The notes under the pieces were generated by a model. That model ran no database searches. It saw only the letters and a list, made by a program, of their open reading frames with translations, and was not told where the DNA came from. A stretch of DNA of 64,000 nucleotides. Source: Bacteroidota bacterium (GTDB lineage Bacteria > Bacteroidota > Bacteroidia > AKYH767-A > 2013-40CM-41-45). The translations under genes and the position numbers were made by a program. The stretch is from assembly GCA_031361545.1 (NCBI GenBank), contig JANLRG010000511.1, positions 91 through 64,090 on the forward strand. Reading direction: 5' to 3'. Below are positions 51,508-62,117 of the stretch, one piece after another; within the stretch, counting starts at the first letter, position 1; each line of letters opens with the position of its first letter.

Positions 51508-54500
51508 ATGGAAAAAAATATTATTAAATCGACTCAATATCCAATTCCGGAGAATGAGCAAGAAAGATTAAATGCACTTAACAGCTATAATATTCTTGAT
51601 ACATTGCCGGAAGATGAATTAGATGCAATTACCAAATTGGCCTCGAATATCTGTAACACACCAATTGCTCTTATTAGTCTGATTGATGGAACACGTCAGT
51701 GGTTTAAATCAAAAGTAGGTCTCGATGTCTCTGAAACTCCACGTGAAATTTCTTTTTGTCAGTACGGCATTATGAATAATTTTATTTATGAAGTTGAAGA
51801 TGCTCAACAGAATGCTATTTTTTCCAATAACCCGCTGGTAACAGGTGACCCTAAAATAAGATTTTATGCAGGTGCTCCCTTAATTGATTCTAATGGATAT
51901 GCTCTTGGAACATTATGTGTAATCGATACTAATCCGAGAATCTTGACTGAAATCCAAAAGGATTCACTTCAACTTTTGGCTAATTCTATTGTTACACAAA
52001 TCACTCTCCGTTCAATCAATTCTGAAATTACTACTGCTAATAAAACACTTCAAAGTTTTTTTGATCTATCGCAAGATTTAATGTGTTTAGCAAAAATGGA
52101 TGGCTATTTTTTAAGAACAAATCCGAGTTTTAGTCGAACACTAGGGTATTCTGAAGTGACGCTACTCTCTTTTCCAATTATTGATTTTGTCCATCCTGAT
52201 GATCAAAAGAAAACGAGTGAGGAGTTGGAAAAATTAAGTAGAGGAGAAAAGACTTTGACATTTGAAACACGCTTTAAAAAAACTGATGGTAATTATTTAT
52301 GGTTTAGCATGAATGCAACGCCTGATATTGAAAAGAAAATTATTTATTCTACAGCGAGAGATATTACGAATGAAAAAATAAGCCAAGAAATAATTAAAGA
52401 AAGCGAAAAGTCTCTCAATCAAGCCCAAAGTATTGCTAAAATTGGTAGCTGGGAATTTAATCTTTTTACGAATGATTTAAAGTGGTCAAATGAAACGTAT
52501 AATATTTTTGGTATCAATCCTCTTTCTTCATCAGATTTATATTCCGAATATCGTTCAAAAATTCATCCCCAAGAAATTTCTCAAATAGATAAATACATTT
52601 AGAATGCCATCAAGTCTGGAGAAGGTTTTACATACGAACACAGAGTTCTGAATAATGATGGTCCCGTTAAATTTGTTGTCGGATTTGGTGAAGTAATATT
52701 TAATAGCAGTGGATCTCCATGTATTCTAAGAGGAACTGTTCAAGATATAACTGAACGGAAAATTTCAGAACAAAAAATACTTAAAAGTGAAGAGTCTCTC
52801 AATACAGCTCAAAACATTTCTAAAATTGGTAGTTATGAACTTGATCTTGACCTTTTGAGCATTAGAGCGTCGAAAGAATTGTATCACATTTTTGAATTAG
52901 ATTATGAAGATGCATTTACTACCGATCTTTATAAAATATGCAGGAGAAAAACACATCCCGCCGATTTAGAAAAATTGGACATAATTGTTAAAAAATCTAT
53001 TGAAGAAGGTACATCTATTAATTTGGAATATAGAATTATTTGTGCAGATGGAACTGTAAAATATATATTGACAAGAGCCAATTTTGAGATTGACAAGAAA
53101 ACACATTCGAAAATTCTAAAAGGAACTGTACAAGATATTACTGAAAGAAAATTAATTGAAAGAGAAATTCTGAAAGCTAAAGAATTGGCTGAACTAGCAG
53201 TCATTGCGAAAGATTCTTTCCTTGCTAATATGAGTCATGAAATTAGAACTCCTATGAATGCAATTATTGGTTTCACAGATTTACTTTGTCAAACACCACT
53301 GAATGAACCACAAAAAGAATATGTAGATTCAGTAAAATTAGCTGGAGAAAATTTACTTTCTATTATTGATGACATTCTCGACTTCTCAAAAATGGAGAAT
53401 GGGAAATTTGAAATTTCACACAAAAGTTTTGGCCTCAAAGAAACTTTATCTGGCGTTTATAAACTACTCAAAGTGAAAGCTGATGAAAAGACGCTGGATT
53501 TTCATCTGTTTCTAGATTCTTCATTACCTGAAAATGTAGTTGGCGATAACTTACGATTAACACAACTTCTAATCAATTTAGCTGGGAATGCCATCAAGTT
53601 TACTAATCAAGGAAGCGTCATTATTAATGTTTCTAGTATTAAACAAATTGATCAATCTTGCCGAATAAAATTTTCTGTGAAAGATACTGGTATTGGAATA
53701 CCATTAGAAAAAAGAAATTCAATCTTTGATCGTTTTACGCAGGCCGACAATGAAATCCATAGAAAATTTGGTGGAACAGGACTCGGATTGAGCATTTCAA
53801 AAAATCTGGTGGAATTGATGGGCGGACAATTGATACTTGAATCGGAAGTAGGCAAAGGCTCAGAATTTTCCTTTGAAATAGAATTTGAAAAAGATAACCA
53901 TAACACAACTGCTATATTGAATCATGTGCACCAAGTAAATCGTTTCAACGGACAGTGTTCTATTTTGGTGTTTGAGGATAATTTACTAAATCATAGATTG
54001 GTGAAAAATGTTTTAACGAATTTTGGATTTAATGTGGGCGTAGCAGAAAATGGAATAGTCGGTCTAGAAAAATTAAAAAATGAAAAATATAATTTGGTAA
54101 TTATGGACTTACAAATGCCAGACATGGATGGCTACACGGCATCTCAAAAAATTAGAAATGAATTGAAATCGAATATTCCAATTATTGCAATGACTGCTCA
54201 TTTTAAGGATGGGGAAAAACAAAAATGCATTGACAATGGAATGAACGATTACATTTCAAAACCCTTTAAACAAAATGATTTATTTAATATTATCTCGGAC
54301 AATTTATTGAAGTATTCGCAAAACCTAAAGCAAAACGAAGATGATGTGACTATCATAGAAAGAAAAGGAATTGTTAACCTGGAATATTTAAAAGACATTT
54401 CGTGTGGTAATCAAAATTTTGAAAAAGAAATGATCGAAATATTTATTTCAAAAGTAATTATAGATGTGGAGAAATTAGAAAAAGCACTTTATAGCAATAA

Positions 54501-54723
54501 TTTTAAAATTGTAAAGCGAACGGCTCATGAATTAATTTCATCAATACCAATTGTCGGACTTGATAATTTAGAATCACAATTGAAATCTATTGAAAAGGAA
54601 GCTGGACAGAAAGTCATAAATGATGAAACGATAGAGAAGTTCGAAGAAATAAAAGCGTGTATTCTTTATTGTATTCCAGATTTAAATGAAATATTAAAAA
54701 ATAATTATTCAACACACATTTAA
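51508..54723 (+). pseudogene. hybrid sensor histidine kinase (GAF - PAS x3 - HisKA/HATPase - REC - HPt) interrupted by one in-frame TAG at 52600-52602
   Basis: The ORFs 51508-52602 and 52855-54723 are in the same frame. The only stop between them is the TAG, which splits a PAS domain. The second ORF's first codon is TTG, with no ATG. HisKA H-box (MSHEIRTPMNAI), N/G boxes, REC (LVIMDLQMPDMDG), HPt. Confidence 0.7.
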
Positions 54724-54755
54724 AAATAACACTCAAGCCCAATTAACACACACCT

Positions 54756-55445
54756 ATGAATTGTATTATTGTTGACGACAACATCATTGCATTAAAAACT
54801 ACAGAACAATATATCCATCGTGTTCCGTATATCAATTTAGTGCAAACATTTAATGACCCTATTACCGCACTTTCTTTTGTTACAGAAAACAAAGTAGATC
54901 TGATTTTTCTGGATGTGGAAATGCCTGAGATGAATGGAATAGAGTTTATAAAATCATTGGCGTATCCTCAACCAATGATTATACTTACAACAACGCATAA
55001 AGATTATGCCCCAGAAGCGTTTGAAAACAACGTAACGGAATACCTTGTTAAGCCAATTGTATTTTCAAGATTTTTAAATGCTGCGGCAAAAGTTAAATCT
55101 ATATATGAAAAACATAAAACAGATGCAGTTGAAAGTGAAAATGCATTCGTAAAAAAAGGGACAGCTATCGTCAAGGTAAATAAAGCAGATGTGCTTTGGA
55201 TAGAAAGTTTAGGTGACTATGTTACGTTGAATACTGAAAGTGAAAAGTTTATTGTGCACTCAACAATGCAAGAGATTATGGAAAAATTTTCAGCCAAAGA
55301 ATTTATGAGGATTCACCGATCTTTTATCATACGCTTAAATAAAATTGTCAATATTGAAGATGATCTAATCTGTTTTGGCGAGAAGAATTTTCCAATCGGG
55401 AAAACCTACCGACAAGAAGTATTTCGAAGATTAAATTTATTATAA
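54756..55445 (+). CDS. LytTR-family response regulator (REC + LytTR DNA-binding)
   Basis: Receiver Asp context (DLIFLDVEMPEMNG) and C-terminal LytTR domain. Confidence 0.85.
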   Translation: MNCIIVDDNIIALKTTEQYIHRVPYINLVQTFNDPITALSFVTENKVDLIFLDVEMPEMNGIEFIKSLAYPQPMIILTTTHKDYAPEAFENNVTEYLVKPIVFSRFLNAAAKVKSIYEKHKTDAVESENAFVKKGTAIVKVNKADVLWIESLGDYVTLNTESEKFIVHSTMQEIMEKFSAKEFMRIHRSFIIRLNKIVNIEDDLICFGEKNFPIGKTYRQEVFRRLNLL

Positions 55446-55451
55446 ATTTTA

Positions 55452-55479
55452 AACAGGATTAATAATCCTGTTTTTTTTT
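55452..55479 (+). terminator. rho-independent terminator
   Basis: AACAGGATT-AATA-AATCCTGTT followed by T9. Confidence 0.75.
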
Positions 55480-55665
55480 GCTTGAGATTGTGGCTCCTTT
55501 TTTTTGATTTTCAATTATTCATTTACATTTAAATTTTGGGCTTAATAATTTTAGCTTTAGTAGATCACCGTTCAACCCCTAAAATCTTCCTTTCATCGAT
55601 GATACTATATAATTGAACGATTTTGGCCCTTATGGGTCTAGCTTGATCGTACTATTGTATCATCA

Positions 55666-58041
55666 ATGCTCACAAATCCCACACACAAATCGAAATCAAC
55701 CGTTGGCACTTCCACACACCAACATACAAGCCATTTGAAATTATGGTTGCTTTCGATTTATATTTTATTTTCTAGTCAATTTGTAAACGCTGGGACTGAT
55801 TTCAGATCAGTTGCTTCTGGTAATTGGAATAGTAACTCTACTTGGGAAATGCTAAGTGGTGGGGCATGGATTCCCGCAACATCAACTCCTACTTCAACAT
55901 CAACTGCAATTACTATTCTTAGTTCTCATGTCGTTACTATTACAGCGAATGTAAGTATTGACAATGTCATTATTAATAATAATGGTGAAGTTGATTTGAA
56001 TAGTGGCGTAACCATAACTATCAAAGCGGGTACTGGAATAGATTTTGACGTTTACGGAAATTTCAAAAATTCCGGAACCGTTAATTTTAATGCTGGCGCA
56101 ACTATGGTTTTTGAAAATGGAGGTGGGTATCAACACAATTTTACTACAGTTGGTGGTACAGTTCCAACTGCGACTTGGAATACCGGTTCAACTTGTGAAA
56201 TTATTGGTTACACAACATATACTGGAAACCCAGCTGGCTTGGCTCAAAATTTTTACAACTTTACTTGGAATTGTCCGAGCCAATCGGCAGGAATTAGTTT
56301 AGGTGGGAGCCTAACAACTGTGAATGGTAATCTTTCGATAATAAATACTGGAACGGGTGATTTTGAATTTGCTAAAACAGTTGTTGCCAATGTTACTGTC
56401 TATGGATCGTTCGTTCAAACTGGTGGAATTTTTATTTTAAATTATACAAGCTCGACTTCTGTACTTAATTTAAAAGGCGCATTCAGTATGATAGGTGGTA
56501 GTCTGCAAAGAGGAGGTGGTTTAGGTAGCATTAATTTTACCGGAACAACACCGCAAGTTTTTTCTAAAACAGGTGGAACAATTTCTGGTGGAATTGATTT
56601 TACAATTTCTTCTGGTGCTGACGTCAATTTTGGAACAAGCATTCTCGATGGTTCAAGTGGAATTTTTACATTGGCAAGTGGTGGAGCAATTAATATAGGA
56701 TCTACTTCAGGAATTTCTACTTCAGGTGCAACTGGAAATATTCAAGTGACAGGCACTCGAACATTTAACACGACAGCTGATTATAATTATAACGGAGTTG
56801 CCGCACAAATTACTGGCAATGGTTTGCCGACTACTGTTAGAAATTTAACTACAAATAATTCTTCAGGATTAACATTAACAAATGATGTGAATGTTACAGG
56901 AACTTTAAATATAACTTCTGGAATCATTACGACCGGAGCAAAAAAAGTTATTCTTGGATCTTCGGCTGCTTCTACAGGAAATTTAGTAAGGACAGCGGGC
57001 TACATTAAAGGAACATTGAAGCGTTGGATTGCTGCTGCTGCAGTCTCCAACATTTTATTTCCTGTTGGTACAGCTACAGATTATAAACCATTAAATTATA
57101 GCTATACTACCGCTCCTGGTACTGGAGGATCAATCACCGTTTATTTTGATAACACCTATACAGGATCAAGATCAATTAACATTCTTGATGCAGGTGATAC
57201 TTTACAAAATGTTGGTCTTGGTTTATGGAATACTAGTGCAGCTGATGGATTGACTGGTGGTGTTTTTAGTTTAGACATGACGGCAACTAATTTACCTGGA
57301 GTTTCTACTTATACTTCATTGCATTTGATTGAAAGAATAAATTCTATATCACCTTGGACAAATCTAGGACTGCATGTAACTACTACTGGTTCCAATTCGG
57401 TTCCAGTTCTTCATCGTACTGGAATGTTTTCTCATATGCAATTTGGAGTTGGCTCGCCCGCTGCAAATCCTTTACCAATTGAATTAATATATTTCAATGC
57501 GAAATACTTGAATGATTTAGTTGATTTTTCATGGGCTACTGCTACTGAAACTAACAATGATTTTTTCACAATTGAGCGTTCTACAGATGGAATAAATTTT
57601 CAACCCATACTATTTCAGTCTGGAGCAGGCAATAGCACTTCAACATTGTACTATACCAATAAAGATAAAAATCCTTCTGAAGGAATAAATTATTATCGTT
57701 TGAAGCAAACAGATTTTGATGGACATACAGGATATTCAGACGTTAAAGTTGTAACTGTTAATCAAAAAATTAAAAAGGAAGAAGCAATTGCACTTGAGAA
57801 TGTAAGTCCGAATCCATTTAATAATGAATTAAAAATTCAGTTTAGTACAATTAAATCAGGAATTGCCGAAATTAAAATTGTTGGAGTTGACTCTAAAGTA
57901 GTTTATTCTTCTAAAGTAATCGTAGAATCGGGAACGAATACTATTTCGATTAATGAAGTTGAACAAATTAAAACTGGAATCTATTTCTTAATAATCATTT
58001 TTAACAATGAAAATATCTCGAGTAAAATAATAAAATATTAA
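55666..58041 (+). CDS. large secreted protein with beta-helix-like Gly/Thr/Asn-rich repeats and T9SS C-terminal sorting domain
   Basis: Signal peptide. Low-complexity T/G/N-rich parallel-beta-helix-like repeats. C-terminal Por_Secre_tail (GIYFLIIIFNNEN). Confidence 0.6.
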   Translation: MLTNPTHKSKSTVGTSTHQHTSHLKLWLLSIYILFSSQFVNAGTDFRSVASGNWNSNSTWEMLSGGAWIPATSTPTSTSTAITILSSHVVTITANVSIDNVIINNNGEVDLNSGVTITIKAGTGIDFDVYGNFKNSGTVNFNAGATMVFENGGGYQHNFTTVGGTVPTATWNTGSTCEIIGYTTYTGNPAGLAQNFYNFTWNCPSQSAGISLGGSLTTVNGNLSIINTGTGDFEFAKTVVANVTVYGSFVQTGGIFILNYTSSTSVLNLKGAFSMIGGSLQRGGGLGSINFTGTTPQVFSKTGGTISGGIDFTISSGADVNFGTSILDGSSGIFTLASGGAINIGSTSGISTSGATGNIQVTGTRTFNTTADYNYNGVAAQITGNGLPTTVRNLTTNNSSGLTLTNDVNVTGTLNITSGIITTGAKKVILGSSAASTGNLVRTAGYIKGTLKRWIAAAAVSNILFPVGTATDYKPLNYSYTTAPGTGGSITVYFDNTYTGSRSINILDAGDTLQNVGLGLWNTSAADGLTGGVFSLDMTATNLPGVSTYTSLHLIERINSISPWTNLGLHVTTTGSNSVPVLHRTGMFSHMQFGVGSPAANPLPIELIYFNAKYLNDLVDFSWATATETNNDFFTIERSTDGINFQPILFQSGAGNSTSTLYYTNKDKNPSEGINYYRLKQTDFDGHTGYSDVKVVTVNQKIKKEEAIALENVSPNPFNNELKIQFSTIKSGIAEIKIVGVDSKVVYSSKVIVESGTNTISINEVEQIKTGIYFLIIIFNNENISSKIIKY

Positions 58042-58651
58042 TTGCTATCACTAAAAGTCTGTGTTATTTTTTATGATAGAATTGATTTGTGTGTTTAAGC
58101 AAAAGATGCCGGTTGTGAGAAAGTTACTGAGAATAGATTATTAATTCTTACTAGCCTTTTTCGCCGGCATTCTTTTTTTCTAGAATTTATTAATGCATTA
58201 TCTCTAAATGAAAATTAAGAATATTCTTATATTGACCGGAAGTTCACAAACTTTTGTAAGAATTGGTAAATTAGTAATCATTAAATAAAGAAGTAATCAT
58301 GTGAACACCTTTTTTAATGGGCGAAGCGCAGAAGACAAGTTTTTATACTTTTCTCTGCGCTTCTATAAAGCATAAGTTCAGAAATGCTTCACTCTCATTT
58401 AAAGAAAAAATATTTATTTTCTTTTCAACCGTTGTTTAGATAAAATTGATTTTCAATTTCCTCTATTAGTCTAAATAAATTCTACTGATTTTTAGTATTG
58501 CTTTTTCTTCTGTTAATACTTCCTCAATCATTGATTATGCTTCTCTCTACTAAAAATTATCTCACGGAAATTATATTCCTTCAATCACCGCTTTATAATG
58601 TGGTCCATTCCGTCTGAGAAATAATTATTCCATAGTGAACCAACAACATTT

Positions 58652-58948
58652 TCAGGCTTTTGATTTTTGATTGATAGATTGAAACACTTTTCCCAACCGC
58701 TCCACATTATTTTGTGTTTGTTCTAGATATGTAGAGAGCGCATCAACTAATTCTTTAGAAGTTGAATTCTTTAAGAGCTTGTGAATCGCTGCTGTGAAAT
58801 CTTTTTCTGCACCAAACATATCTTTCAATTCATCTTCAAAAAAGTCGCGGAGTTTTTGTATTTGTTTTGAAGTGGGTTCTGCTTTTTTGGTTTGAACTTC
58901 ATTTATTTTTGATACTTTTTTAGCAGATTTTGATTTAGCACTTTTCAT
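58652..58948 (-). pseudogene. DUF892 (YciE/YciF ferritin-like) N-terminal fragment with a Lys-rich N-terminal extension; appears truncated
   Basis: FEDELKDMFGAEKDFTAAIHKLLKNSTSKELVDALSTYLEQTQNNVERLGKVFQSI matches the first two helices of DUF892, but the ORF stops after about 70 aa of the roughly 160-aa domain. Confidence 0.45.
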
Positions 58949-59017
58949 ATGTTTACTTTATACAAATTAAATCGTTATTCAATCCTCTTAAAGAATGAAC
59001 CACATATTTTTTTAAAC

Positions 59018-59623
59018 TTATCTTCTCTCACATTCTTTTTGACATGTAATTGCGTGATCGAGATGAGTGCGTAGTGCAGGAAGCATTGAAGTTGCCCATG
59101 AACGTATTTCACTATCGTGAGAATCATTGGCTGCCTTCTCAAATTTGCTAATTGCATCTTTATGCCCATCAACCATCATGTTTGAATAATCTTTATCAAA
59201 ATCTGATGCCTTTGTATCCATTAACTTTTTCTTTGCACTCATTCCATCATCGGTTAATGAAGTTGGAATAGTGATTTGTTTTTTTGCAGCTAATGCTTTT
59301 AAATCTCCTAATGCTTGAGTGTGTTCTGTTTCCATCATTTTCCCCAATTCTTTTACATGAGCTGTTGTGCCTTGGGTTTGTGCTAATTGGCCTAACTGAA
59401 TCTCTTCCAAATTTATTTCTGCAGCATTAACTAAGAATTTTGCATCATCTTCATTTGCATTGTCAAATTTAGCTTCGTTGTGCTCTTCTGCAACTGATTT
59501 TGGATCTTCGTTTCTAGGATTGTTGCATGATGAAAAGGTGACTGCAAATAAAATCATTGCAGCTGCTGATAGAAATTCGATTTTCATAAATCTTGATAGG
59601 AAGGTTTTGATTGCTGTTTTCAT
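59018..59623 (-). CDS. DUF4142 domain lipoprotein (ferritin-like, stress-associated)
   Basis: Lipoprotein signal (TFSSC). Twin DUF4142 half-motifs (DAKFLVNAAEINLEEIQLGQLA ... DFDKDYSNMMVDGHKDAISKFE). Confidence 0.6.
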   Translation of the reverse strand: MKTAIKTFLSRFMKIEFLSAAAMILFAVTFSSCNNPRNEDPKSVAEEHNEAKFDNANEDDAKFLVNAAEINLEEIQLGQLAQTQGTTAHVKELGKMMETEHTQALGDLKALAAKKQITIPTSLTDDGMSAKKKLMDTKASDFDKDYSNMMVDGHKDAISKFEKAANDSHDSEIRSWATSMLPALRTHLDHAITCQKECERR

Positions 59624-59699
59624 TTTGTTTTATTTTTAAATGGATTAGATTTTAGTGTTTTAATTTATTCGTGTTAATTATTTATATTTTCTAATTGGA

Positions 59700-60593
59700 T
59701 TAGCTACTAAATATTTCGGTTTTTGATTCTTGTATTGAATTTACTATACCATCAAGCCCACTTCTTAAAAATATTGCTAAATCATTATTTAGTTTTTCTT
59801 TTTCAGTATAAAATAAACCATGCGGTGCGCCTTGATAAATTAGCATAGCGTTATTGGGAATAAGTTTTGTAGATTCTTTGCCCGTTGGTCCTATTGGAAC
59901 CGTTTTGTCTTCATCGCCATGGATTATTAACGTAGGGACATTTACGGTGTGCATTTCTTTTCTGAAGTCGGTGGTTGCAAAAGCTTTTGCACATTCTTGT
60001 GTTGCTCGTGGCGATGCAAAGGAGCAAAGCATTCTATAATATTCTAAAAGTGGCGTACTTAATGGGCTGCTCAACATCGAAACACCAAAAAATGTTTTCC
60101 CGAAATCATCAATGAAACCAATTCTATCGTGCTTCATATTTTTGGTCATCTCTGCAAAAGCTTCTTCAGGAACCCCTTCTGGATTACTTTCTGTTTTTAA
60201 CATGAAAGGTGTTATGGAAGAAATCAAAACAACTTTTGTAACACCTTTGCCACCATATTTGCTGAAATAGCGAACCACTTCTCCACCACCCATTGAAAAT
60301 CCAATAAGTGTTATGTCTTCTAATTTGAGTTGATCAATCAGTGCTTTTAAATCATCGGTCATTGTATCATAATTGTAACCATCCCAAGGTTTAGATGATT
60401 TCCCGAAACCTCGACGGTCGTAAGCAATTACTCGATGACCACTGTTTACCAAATCATTAATTTGATATTCCCACATTTCATTGCTAAGTGGCCAACCATG
60501 AATAAGGATAATTGGTTTTCCTGTTCCGTAATCAGTGTAGTAAATTCTAATCGGTGTGCCGGTAGCATCTTTGTTTGTTTCTATGTAATTCAT
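59700..60593 (-). CDS. alpha/beta hydrolase (non-haem haloperoxidase / esterase-like)
   Basis: HGWPLS oxyanion region. GFSMGGG nucleophile elbow. C-terminal His (APHGL). Confidence 0.75.
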   Translation of the reverse strand: MNYIETNKDATGTPIRIYYTDYGTGKPIILIHGWPLSNEMWEYQINDLVNSGHRVIAYDRRGFGKSSKPWDGYNYDTMTDDLKALIDQLKLEDITLIGFSMGGGEVVRYFSKYGGKGVTKVVLISSITPFMLKTESNPEGVPEEAFAEMTKNMKHDRIGFIDDFGKTFFGVSMLSSPLSTPLLEYYRMLCSFASPRATQECAKAFATTDFRKEMHTVNVPTLIIHGDEDKTVPIGPTGKESTKLIPNNAMLIYQGAPHGLFYTEKEKLNNDLAIFLRSGLDGIVNSIQESKTEIFSS

Positions 60594-60687
60594 TTTAATT
60601 ATTTAATTTAGTTTTAAATATTTCTTTTATAGTAGCTGTTGAAATTGGTTTTTATACTATTAATTTGAAAGAATTTATCTGTTTAAG

Positions 60688-60870
60688 TTACCTTACATCT
60701 TTTTGCTCTCCCAATTTTTTAATCAGGAATACGATGAGAGAAAAAGAGGCGACTAAAAGAATAATTCCAAAACCCGTTCCTGCTTGGAAAATCCCTCCAA
60801 CAATTGCACAACTAGAAAATATAGCAACTATATAGATGAATAATATACTTAGCGTTATTTTATTTTGCAT
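60688..60870 (-). CDS. hypothetical 60-aa two-TM membrane protein
   Basis: Hydrophobicity only. Confidence 0.3.
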   Translation of the reverse strand: MQNKITLSILFIYIVAIFSSCAIVGGIFQAGTGFGIILLVASFSLIVFLIKKLGEQKDVR

Positions 60871-61124
60871 GGCAAATAAATTAATTTTAAAGAGAAACAG
60901 AATAATTCATAATAGCACATTTTTACGTATTTCCAGATTTTAATTTGGTTAACGGAATGAACTATAAATGAGCCATAAACCAGTTTACATTTCTGTTGAT
61001 GTCAGACGAGTAAGGTTGTAAATTGTTTTTTATCCATTACGCCACCGGACATGTAGAAAAGTCGCAACAAACTAAAACTATTAAGTAAGCACATTATTGA
61101 ATTTATTTTGTGAGATACTTAATC

Positions 61125-61388
61125 TTAAGATTTATTAAAACGATCTTCTACTTTTGATGTTCCACTACTGGCATGATCTTTCAAGCCATTAATTGTGGAT
61201 TCAAATTGATCTGAAACATTTGATATGCTTTCTGAAATTTTCGTCTTTAAATCTTCAGCTACATCGTTCGCTGCATCCATTAATTTTCGGCGTGTTGCTG
61301 AACCTTTGTCTGGAGCAAATAAAATTCCGACAACTGCACCAGCTGCAAAGCCTGCAAGTACTCCTAATACAATTTTTCCTGCACTCAT
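61125..61388 (-). CDS. YtxH-domain (general stress) small membrane protein
   Basis: GVLAGFAAGAVVGILFAPDKGSATRRKL N-terminal signature. Confidence 0.6.
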   Translation of the reverse strand: MSAGKIVLGVLAGFAAGAVVGILFAPDKGSATRRKLMDAANDVAEDLKTKISESISNVSDQFESTINGLKDHASSGTSKVEDRFNKS

Positions 61389-61424
61389 TTTAATTTAGTT
61401 TTATAATTATGTGATTCATTTATT

Positions 61425-61661
61425 TTATACTGCATCCTCTTGCTTAACTAATTTGTTGTAAACGCCCATAATGAGAATTGGGGCCACCCATTGACCTACA
61501 AATAACGAATCGTTTTTTCTGCCGACTAATTTTAACGTTAAAGAGAGAGCCATACCACCTACAGCAATCGCCAGAAATACATCGGAAGGAATTTTTTTTG
61601 TTTGATTTTCGATGGCTTTAGTCGTTACATCTTCTTTAGCAGTTGTGTTTTCCATTTTCAT
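61425..61661 (-). CDS. hypothetical small membrane protein
   Basis: Single TM (FLAIAVGGMALSLTL); co-oriented with the stress cluster. Confidence 0.35.
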   Translation of the reverse strand: MKMENTTAKEDVTTKAIENQTKKIPSDVFLAIAVGGMALSLTLKLVGRKNDSLFVGQWVAPILIMGVYNKLVKQEDAV

Positions 61662-61780
61662 TTTTAGAAAGATAAATTATTTAATTAATTTGTTAGTTTT
61701 TGATTTTATCAGAAATTATTTAAGGAGAGAAAAACTTACGGGATTGTCTCTTCCTAATTTAAATTGAAGACAAAATATTT

Positions 61781-62059
61781 TTAGATTATGTCTTTGTTTC
61801 GCTCTTGACGAGTACTTTGATTATTATCTACGTCGTCTATGTTTACTTGTGGACCTTCTAATTCGTCAGCGGTATCATCAGACTCTTCAGAATTTGATTC
61901 AAGGTCATCGTTTTCTTCTTCTTCATCTTCATCAGTTATATCTGTAGAAGTTGATTCTTCATCACGGTCTTGATTTTTTAAATCATGCTGGCTACCCTTG
62001 TTCTGGTTTTGATCGGTAGGAATTTTTTGCTCCTGCTCGTCTCTGTTGATTTCTGTCAT
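61781..62059 (-). CDS. highly acidic (D/E-rich) intrinsically disordered protein
   Basis: Composition only (DEDEEEENDDLESNSEESDDTADELEG). Confidence 0.35.
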   Translation of the reverse strand: MTEINRDEQEQKIPTDQNQNKGSQHDLKNQDRDEESTSTDITDEDEEEENDDLESNSEESDDTADELEGPQVNIDDVDNNQSTRQERNKDII

Positions 62060-62117
62060 TGCTTGAATTATTTTAAAATGAAATTATTTGCTAAGACAAC
62101 ACACTTAACTTTGTGTA

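Noticed and set aside
52600-52602. TAG reassigned as a sense codon
   Set aside because: TAG terminates the OmpA-family gene at 25723-25725 in a normal C-terminal context. A single internal occurrence is not evidence of recoding.
52855-54723. Independent histidine-kinase gene starting at 52855
   Set aside because: The ORF-track start is TTG, not ATG. Upstream in-frame sequence encodes the rest of a PAS domain contiguous with the preceding ORF. The two are one gene interrupted by a single TAG.
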